A stretch of 62,966 nucleotides of DNA, counting the filler, from Intoshia linei (Eukaryota > Animalia > Orthonectida), in NCBI GenBank assembly GCA_001642005.1. It is 6 parts of 6 records of this genome, joined end to end, with 100 filler letters (N's around TTAATTAATTAA, not from the genome) between each part and the next. Parts side by side here need not be neighbours in the genome. Positions count along the whole stretch, not along the records: positions 46,604 to 58,907 come from LWCA01001088.1; positions 59,008 to 62,966 come from LWCA01002090.1; 4 more parts are not named here. One strand, given 5' to 3'. Made by a program: the position numbers and the translations under genes. How positions within the stretch are numbered: the first letter of the stretch is position 1; the number at the start of each line of letters is the position of its first letter. Positions 54,220-62,966 of this stretch are shown piece after piece. A model generated the notes under the pieces. The model had not been told where the DNA came from and made no database searches. It worked only from the letters and a program-made list of their open reading frames with translations.

Positions 54220-57200
54220 ATGAATGATAATGAGTCATGTTGTTTAATATCACATATCCATAATTTATACCTTTCAAAAAAATTTGACGAATTGTTTTTC
54301 TTAATAAAAAACAACACTTTTGATGTCAAATATCACAATTTCTTGGAAAAATTGTGGTACGATTCACATTATACTATTTACGCTACGACCAGGTCAAAAA
54401 ATTTAATAAGTTTTTTTAATAATTTTTTATTAATTTTTAATACATTAGAAACATTGAATTGGGACCAGTTCAAAGATATAGAGTACGAAAAAAAAATCCG
54501 CCTCCTTGTACAATTTCAGATGGAGATCAAACAATATACCATGTGAAGGAAAGATCGAGACGTATTCTAATTAACTTTTATCAAGAAAATGCGTATATTT
54601 TAAATTTATCTTAATTTATTTATAGTTAATGTGTGGCTGGATACCAGGGTTGTGAATATTTTATTCTTTTATTAATTATATACAATTGCTAGTGTGACTG
54701 TTACTCAGGGCCGTGGAGAGGGGCTAGGGGACCATATGGTCCGGTCTACAATCATGAGGGGCCTAATATTTTAATTTATAAATAGGTAATGTTATAAAAA
54801 TTCTTAATTATGTCAAAATTATGATGAAAAATGCGATTTACAACTGTTATTTTCAATTTTTACGTAATAAACTATAGATTAAACAATGTATGGACGTTCC
54901 ATTTTTAAAAAAAATGTTTAGGGCCTACAGTTCATTTGACCCGGGTCTACTGTTACGTATTTGATACAAATAGCAGCTAGCTCTGCCGAGGGCCGACTTT
55001 TTACATTACAACCGATTTCTTACATTTGAGACCAATTTCTTAGTTTATTAGACAATGAATGTATGATCTTAAAAAAATCCTATAATCCTATAAAATAGTC
55101 ATAAAAAATATGAATACCGCAAAAAATAAAATTTTAAATACCTGCACTAATTTTATTATGTTTTTTCTATTATGTATTTTGGAATGATTTTCAAACTTAT
55201 TTCACAGTAAACCGATCAGTGACGGATCTAGGATTTTCAGCCAAAGGGCCAAACGCATATAATATTTAAATTGGAATTTTTATATTTTTTTTCTAGTTTT
55301 CTTTCTACTAAATTTTTCAATGTTGAACATTCCACTGTTGAGTTTTCAATTGCATCAAAATCGACATTTTCGGCAAATTCTCTTTCGATCATGAACAACG
55401 TTAAACCCGATAATTTAACTTAAACTGATGTTAATAGCATACAAAATAATACATAGATTAATGATAAATGATAATTTATATTGATAAAACGTAAACAATG
55501 AGTCGTATAAAAAATTTTTTAATTTTTCACAATGTTCAATTTTGACAATAGTCAAATTAAAATATTTTAAGGGCACATTTGTCACGGCAGGGGGTGACTC
55601 CGCCATGTACCCACCTAGATCTCTATTGGAACCATTCCATTCATATCAAATGACATTTATATAAAATTATTCACAATTAATTTCATTTTGTTAACATTTG
55701 TCTAAATTTTAATGTAAAATGTTTAAGAAACAATTTGATGATGCCATTTTTTTAATTTATTAAAGATAAGTGTATTATCTTAAAAATAAAGTAAAAACAG
55801 TACAACCCTAAAAATCATCATACATAAAATTTTATAACAAAATAAAAATGAAAAAACCTGCAGTTATAATGTAATAAAATATATTCAGTAACACTTTTCA
55901 ATAAGTAAAAAACATTTATCAATAAATAAAGGATTCAGCACATTTAAAAACATATTTCGGGCATATTTTTTTAAATCCTATAACTTTTGATTTTATAAAT
56001 AAGAGTGATTTGGAGTTTTGACCGGGAAGATGTTATTTTTAGAGATTGATTTTGTCTTACGTTCTCGTCCAGAAAAATTTCACTTAGAATTTGTGAATGT
56101 TAAAATTCTAGAACTCTTAGCTATTGAAATAAACGGTAACAAATAGACAGAAAAATAGTTGTATATAAGCTATAAAAGAACTACTAAAAAGTAATTGAGT
56201 TCCTCAAGGATATTTTCTTATAAATTGAAAATCCAAATGTCCAAAATATTTGTTTTTTAAACGAAAAATATTTTTCATAAAATTTTTTTAGGGATAAATG
56301 TTAAATTAATCCACTAAATTCAGTAATTTAGTTAGTGTTTAGAAAAAATTTTTAATCAGCGTTATCTGCATAATTAAACAAATTGTGTCATTCTACCAAT
56401 AATTTTTTTTATATTTGACCATAATTATTGGGTCGGTCATATGGCCGTTAACGGCCTTGATAATGAGTGAGATAATTACTTGGAATATGAAAATTTCGAG
56501 ACGAGGAAAGATTTTTTCTTAATCGTATTTCGCAATAATAATGGGCCACATATACAGTGTTGATCATAAGATTATAATAATTGTAAAAATTTTATATTTA
56601 TCGTCATATCTTTTGTATATTATAACCTAAATAAAATGTTTGATCTAAATAAGTACTACCGATAAAAGTACATCGATTAGAAATATTGTTAGTTATATAT
56701 ATAGTAGTTATTTATTTATCTTTTCATATTAAGGTTTTTTAGTTATCCATCTTCAACCGAAAAGAACGCATTATCGAAAATGACTAATTTATCATTTAAT
56801 CAAGTTAACAATTGGTTCAAAAATCAACGTCAGAAAAATAAAATGCTGCGAGAACATAAAAATAGAAAGTACACGTATATGCATTCCGATTGCTATTTCA
56901 AAGATACCAATAAATTTAATCAACAAACATGTTCATATAGAAATGAATCTGGACAGACACAGTTATTTTATAAAATTATTACAAGTATCACAAATTGTGA
57001 TATCACAATACCGATCAGTAGTTCTCAATTTTTTTCTGCTTATTCCTCTATTACGGTCAGTGCCGAACCTACCATTCTTGTAACCCTCATCAGAGAACAT
57101 CATGTTTCCGAATATATCATTAAATTATATTTTTGAATATCACAACTATTTTGTTTGTCAAATCAAGAGCCTGGAAGAGTGGTTATATCACTACAATTCG

Positions 57201-58001
57201 TTTTATAATATTTGTAGGGCCTATTTTCATTTTCGGTGGCCTTGAACGTGGTAGGGTCGGCTCTGCTTGCGGTATACTTTTTTAATTTGTTCAAATTAGT
57301 TCTGTATATGGCCTAAATTCTATGGAAAACGTTTTTAGTTTATCCTAGTTATCAACTTTTCTATAAAATTGAATGCCTATGTGTGTTCCTGTTTGTTAAA
57401 AAATTAACTGTCGTAGAATTAAAAAAATCCAATTTGTAATACAGTGTTTCTTTATTTTCAGAAATTAAGTCCTTCAGATTTAAAACACAATTTAACCTTT
57501 ATTTTAAAACATAAAATCATTAACAATGTATTAAATCTCAGTCTCATAAACGAAATTTTCATGTCACAACCCCAAATGACCCATTGTTAAAAAAATATCC
57601 TAAAATTTTTGTAATATAAATTCTGGGATAGTTTTTAAAATCAAGTATTATTATCAATCACAATCTCAAAAAAGTGTATTTTGACAATCAAAACCACAGT
57701 TTACCCTTTTTTTAAATAGTGTTAGAATTTGATTATTTTAAACATACCTTTTAGAATAAACAATAACAAAACGTATGCAAATGGAATACATTTCAATGGT
57801 ACACCAATGAATTTTCAACATCAACCAATATGTTCAAATATGCAAAACATAAACAATACAATACAAGTCGAAAATGGAGTGATCTCCTCTTCAACGTTTG
57901 GTGTAGAGGTTAAAAACAATCTATTTTATCATACAACACACATTACTTCAAATTATACTTATTTGACGAATACTACAAATTTTTGGAATAACAATGTCTA
58001 A
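54220..58001 (+). CDS. Divergent SIX-class homeobox protein B; exons 54220-54392, 54449-54592, 56743-56961, 57755-58001
   Basis: LEKLWYDSHY...LGPVQRYRVRKKNPPPCTISDGDQTIYHVKERSR...YPSSTEKNALS...NQVNNWFKNQRQK. Three phase-2 introns, 144-nt exon 2 as in gene A, and an open frame throughout. Confidence 0.88.
55217..55628. mobile_element. Decayed TIR element (hAT-like MITE) in a SIX B intron
   Basis: cagtgacggatctagg ... cctagatctctattg; flanks aaaccgat / gaaccatt. Confidence 0.5.
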
Positions 58002-58254
58002 CCTTAATTTGTATTACATAAAATTGAATAGAAAAATTAAAAAAGCAATGATACATCTACTTTTATACAACAGTAAGTTCTGAATAGTGTTATTTGGGAG
58101 CATTCTTAAGGAACTCTGGTGTTTTCACCAAACTTTAAAATATGGTTTTATGATATTTTAGCATTTTCTAGCACATTTTAGACTAAAATTTAGTAGAATT
58201 TCGATATGTTTAAAAATTTTTACATAACGGTTAAATATTATTTTATTTATTATT

Positions 58255-58527
58255 TTAATCTTTAGTTTCAAATTCCTCTTTATCAAATACATACAGCCCT
58301 AATTTATCACCAACAAGTTCAAGTTTGGTTAGATAGTGACCAATTTGATTGATAGATTTAATTTGTTCATCCAAAAATTCAGTTTCTAAAAAGTCACAAC
58401 ATTGTGGGTCATTATTTTCGCTGGCAATTTTGTGTAAATTCAATAGTGAGTCATTTACCTTCCTTTCTAAGTCCAATGATTTTTGAAAAAATTCTGAAGC
58501 AGATTTCAAACCATCAATATTCAACAT
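58255..58527 (-). CDS. Ferritin, last exon; upstream exons not seen (gap follows)
   Basis: SLDLERKVNDSLLNLHKIASENNDPQCCDFLETEFLDEQIKSI...YLTKL...LGLYVFDKE, with an AG acceptor directly before 58527. Confidence 0.93.
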   Translation of the reverse strand: MLNIDGLKSASEFFQKSLDLERKVNDSLLNLHKIASENNDPQCCDFLETEFLDEQIKSINQIGHYLTKLELVGDKLGLYVFDKEEFETKD

Positions 58528-59413
58528 CTAATAAATATTAATTAATCCTCATTTTATAAATTTTATACTATAAGTAAATATTTTTTAAATAATTATGTAC
58601 CAGTATGGGACACATTCTCAGAACCATTGAGAGGAAATAGGTCCACATAACCGGGTTATACAATCAGGGCTGTGGAGAGTTAGCAGTGACAACGGAGCAG
58701 ATGGAAATTGTATACCCTATAAAAAGTTTTTAAAATTAAAACGTCTACACCAGAGGCTCCCAAATGCATTTGGTCTACAGCCTTTTTTTATGCACATTTT
58801 TTTTGAAATTGTAGGATCAATATTTACATTTTCAATTTTTAAAAAAATTTTTACGAAATATTTGAAAAAATTAGTTGATAATATATTAAAAATTATTTTT
58901 CACCGGGNNNNNNNNNNNNNNNNNNNNNNNNNNNNNNNNNNNNNNNNNNNNTTAATTAATTAANNNNNNNNNNNNNNNNNNNNNNNNNNNNNNNNNNNNN
59001 NNNNNNNTTAAAATTAATTCAATTAATAATTGTTATTCTATTACACGATTAATCTATTCACTTATATTATGTTCTTTAAAATTTAGAAATCGAATGACTA
59101 GTTTTTGTGATATCGATCAAAATATAACATTTCATATTTGGATCAAGATTTTTTTCTAACACTGTATATAATTGTAATAAATATAACTAATATAGACAAC
59201 ATCAATTAGGACAATAAATTAATATTGCGAAAGTGTACATAATTATGTTAAATATAAATTATAGCGTAACTTATGAAGTAAAATTTCAATCTCACAACGT
59301 AACTTATAGCAAGACATTACTGTACTAAATTAATGTTCACATCTCTCTATAAATACACTGTTTATAAAAACAACTAAAAACTGTTTTTATAGACAGTTAA
59401 CTGTATAAAATAA

Positions 59414-60570
59414 TGAAATTTACCCGTCTTCTAATTAAATTGGCATCAATACTGATTAACCGGAAGGTAATATTTAAAATTAATTTCATATTTTCAACTT
59501 TTATTCGATTGTATGGAATATTATATTTTTTGCATGTAAATAAAAACAATTTAATTGAAAAATGGTCTCTAAATAAAACATAATAATGATAAAATAATAA
59601 ACAATAAATGTACCTACAAGATATACATTTGGGTGTCACACGTGTCTCAGATACAAAAATGCTTGATACTCAATATCTTCAGTTGTAACATATATAATTC
59701 TATAAAAACAAATTTTTAAAATCAAATACTCTTGTTGTTTGTAGGTATCTGTAGTTTTTTCTTTTTTATGATTATACCCATTATAGTCAAATAAACACAT
59801 TAAAATGTTACCTTAGCTTACTTTTAAGGGTTTTTACCAGGGTTCATTATGATACATAATATAGTAGATACAGCTTATATATAGGGTTTTCAAATATCCA
59901 TAAAAACCAGAATAAAAGAGCTTGAAAAAAATAAAGTATTAACGAAATTTGNAAATTTACCCGTCTTCTAATTAAATTGGCATCACTACTGATTAACCGG
60001 AAGGTAATGTTTAAAATTAATTTCATATTTTTTTTAACTTTTATTCGATTGTATGGAATATTATATTTTTTGCATGTAAATAAAAACAATTTAATTGAAA
60101 AATGGTCTCTAAATAAAACAGAATAATGATAAAATAATAAACAATAAATGTACCTACAAGATATACATTTGGGTGTCACACGTGTCTCAGAAACAAAGGT
60201 GCTTAATACTCAATATCTTCAGTTGTAACATAAATAATGCTTCAAAAACAAATTTTTAAAATCTAATATTGATCATGTACAAACTATTTTAATTATATCA
60301 TACAAAATTATTGTATACTTAATTAAACAAATAAATAAAAATCAAATACTCTTGTTGTTTTTAGGTATCTGTAGTTTTTTCTTTTTTATGATGATACCCA
60401 TATAGTCAAATACACACATTAAAATGTTACCTTAGCTTACTTTTGAAGGTTTTTACCAGGGTTCATTTATAATACATAATATAGTAGATACAGCTTATAT
60501 ATAGAGATTTCAAATATCCATAAAAACCAAAATAAAAGAGCTTGAAAAAAATAAAGTATCAACGAAATTT
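59414..60570. repeat. Near-identical tandem duplication (about 59414-59951 and 59953-60570) separated by a single n
   Basis: The copies differ by scattered SNPs and an insertion of roughly 80 nt in the second copy. Confidence 0.85.
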
Positions 60571-62966
60571 GGGAATGGATGAAATGTAACGTAATGTATG
60601 AGTACATAAAAATTATAGAAATTGATGTATATAAAAATATTCTAACAAATAAAGTTAAATTTATAATTTTCTATAAAATTTTCGTATGAAATTATTAAAA
60701 TCATTCGTGCATGATCAATATTTAAATTTGAAGATTTTTATTTTGACTTGCTGATTACTGAGAAAATTCGCAAATTTTCCCAAAAATGTGTTACCCTAAT
60801 ACAGTGTTTCCCAAATGGGGGGCTTGGCCCCACCAGGGGGCCTACAGAGTCCGAAGGGGCCCGCAGATTTAAGAAAAATTTTAAAATTATATTACAATCG
60901 TTAATATTAACTTGATTTAGTATTTGATATTTGATTAATATATTTTTGAAATTTGGATTAATTGTGAATTATAATAAATTTAAAAGTTATTAACCCTTAT
61001 ACGACAATAACATGTATAATAACAAAAAAGAACAATCATAAATTTACAATTATTTGTATACTAGGCCCTAGTAACTAGGGAGTCAACTATATAAAAGTAT
61101 GATTTATAACGAAAATAAAACCAGTAATATTAAAACATTTTTTTAATTGCTGTTATAATAATATAATAAACATATTCCCTATTTTGTACTAATTTAGTAT
61201 CTAGAATCTAGTACAACAGGTTGAAAAATAAAAAATGAGTCTTTAATAATTATAATATTTAATCAATTCATTATAATTAAATATTTTTAACAAATTATTT
61301 TCTGTCGTTATAGATTATTTTTTAAAATATAATAATAAAGATGAAAATATTAACTTTTTTTAGGCATTCTCAACAGGGTCCATGTGGACCCCTTAGCGTC
61401 AACAGCATTTTTTGGGGGTCCATAAAAATTACATACATTTATTACATATTATAAACATTTTCAGTAACAAAGTCGTTTTTTCTAACTAACTTTTTAACTA
61501 ACGTTATATTTTCAAATCGTAAAGTCGTTTTTTTAAAAAAAAAATTAATTTTATTTTCTTGGTTGTTGATAAATATTGATAATAACGCAATTAACATTGG
61601 AGGTTTCTCGAAAAAATAAAAGTTAAAATGTATTGGAAATGGTTATCTTGTTTTTTTACAGAATTGACAACTCATTATAGTTTTTGAATGTTTTATATAA
61701 TAAATTGCATATCTTATTAATAAAGTAAAAATTTCCAATAGGTTGGTTTATTCTTCCCTCCAGCTTGATTTATTTTTAGTTGGCACAAGGTTACATTTAT
61801 TTTATGATAATGATATTTCCTCAACATCGTTATAATTCCACGTAGCTACGAAGACATTTCGAACACAAACAATAATCATATAAACTCTCTCTTTCCTGGT
61901 CAGATTACTCTTTGATATAAGGTATTATGAAAAATTACCTTTGATAATCAAATTTTAATTTGATATTTTAAATCGATGTCGTTTATAAGAATAAATTAAG
62001 CTCAGAAATACTAATATAAAACGCGTAAATCATGTATATTATTTGGTTAATTAAATTAAATTACTTATATTTGTAGAAACTTATTGGGAAACCTCCATTG
62101 TTCTATTTTAGGAGCATCGGTTTTATTTAATTATTTTATTAAAATTTATGACCAAGCCAAGTTTCTAGTCATAAAAAAAGCTTTAAATTTCAAATTGAAA
62201 ATGGGAAAAAAAAATCAGTTAATATTAATTATTCTATGAAACATCAACCAAGGGATAAAAAATGTTAATTTTTCACAGGAATGATAAATAATATATACTT
62301 TTTATTGATCTAATAAAATATATTGTAAACAATTAATAAGGTACTGTAAACAATACCTGAAAAACATGTTCTATTTTGAGAACATTGACAGGTTAAAGGT
62401 TAATATTAATAGTTCATCAAGTTTATCATCTCGCAAAAATAAAGTACTCCATGTCTTTTGACATTCATTCGTTCCCAAAATGTAATGATTCATTAAAAAT
62501 TGTTATTATTATTAATTTCTTTGGGGTTCACCACTAAAAAAAGCTTGAGAATGTCCGGTTTACATTATCTTATAACAAAATTTTCCATTACAACTCAAAA
62601 AAATGTTATGAATAGCGTCTACTGTAGATTACTGTGACTGTCATCATTGAATATAGAACCATTGAACATTATTAAATTATTTTAAAAAAATTACTGGTTC
62701 TTATTAATATTAACCAAAAAATCGATAGATTTTAGAGAAGCATCTAAATTTTCATTTTGATTGCAAATTTTGTAAATGGTATGCAATTTGTTTTTAAATT
62801 TTTCATTTAAATTATCTAGGAAAAAATATACACAAATGTCTAAAATAAAAAATATTAAATACTCAATAAATCCTTGTTTTCCATTTTGTTGTAAATGTAA
62901 CCAATTGCTTCAAAAAACAAAGATATTGAATCATAACCATTTGTAAAAAATGATTCCTATAATAAA

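Noticed and set aside
59397-60179. Two similar ORFs MTPKCISCRY...
   Set aside because: Products of the local duplication, with AT-biased composition and no recognisable domain; not ferritin exons.
61800-62640. Short open minus-strand segments (SNLTRKERVYMIIVCVRNVFVATWNY; TCQCSQNRTCFS)
   Set aside because: Could be exons of a gene entering from the right edge, but no consistent splice model or family could be established.

Overview
Very AT-rich eukaryotic (metazoan) scaffold, not prokaryotic. Genes are spliced, with many 29-60 nt GT-AG introns alongside kb-scale introns filled with transposon debris. This compact architecture resembles a reduced parasitic animal genome such as an orthonectid, but that is inference only. 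Genes reconstructed by hand from splice-phase-consistent exons: an unknown coiled-coil protein, DNAJC9, two neighbouring divergent MAM-domain genes, TMEM70, SLC25A11 (2-oxoglutarate/malate carrier), a class II DYRK kinase (DYRK4-like), a tandem pair of SIX homeobox genes (one Six4/5-like, one strongly divergent) and the last exon of a ferritin. Mobile DNA: a dense, modular family of non-autonomous Helitrons (TC...hairpin-CTAG, A|T insertion), a full-length but decayed mariner, hAT MITEs with 8-bp TSDs, a Tc1/pogo-type MITE, fold-back elements, and remnants of Harbinger, Tc1/IS630, hAT and Ty3/Gypsy coding sequence. The five N-gaps carry an artificial TTAATTAATTAA spacer. The best candidates for novelty are the divergent SIX paralogue with a shared promoter motif pair, and the module-shuffling Helitron family.
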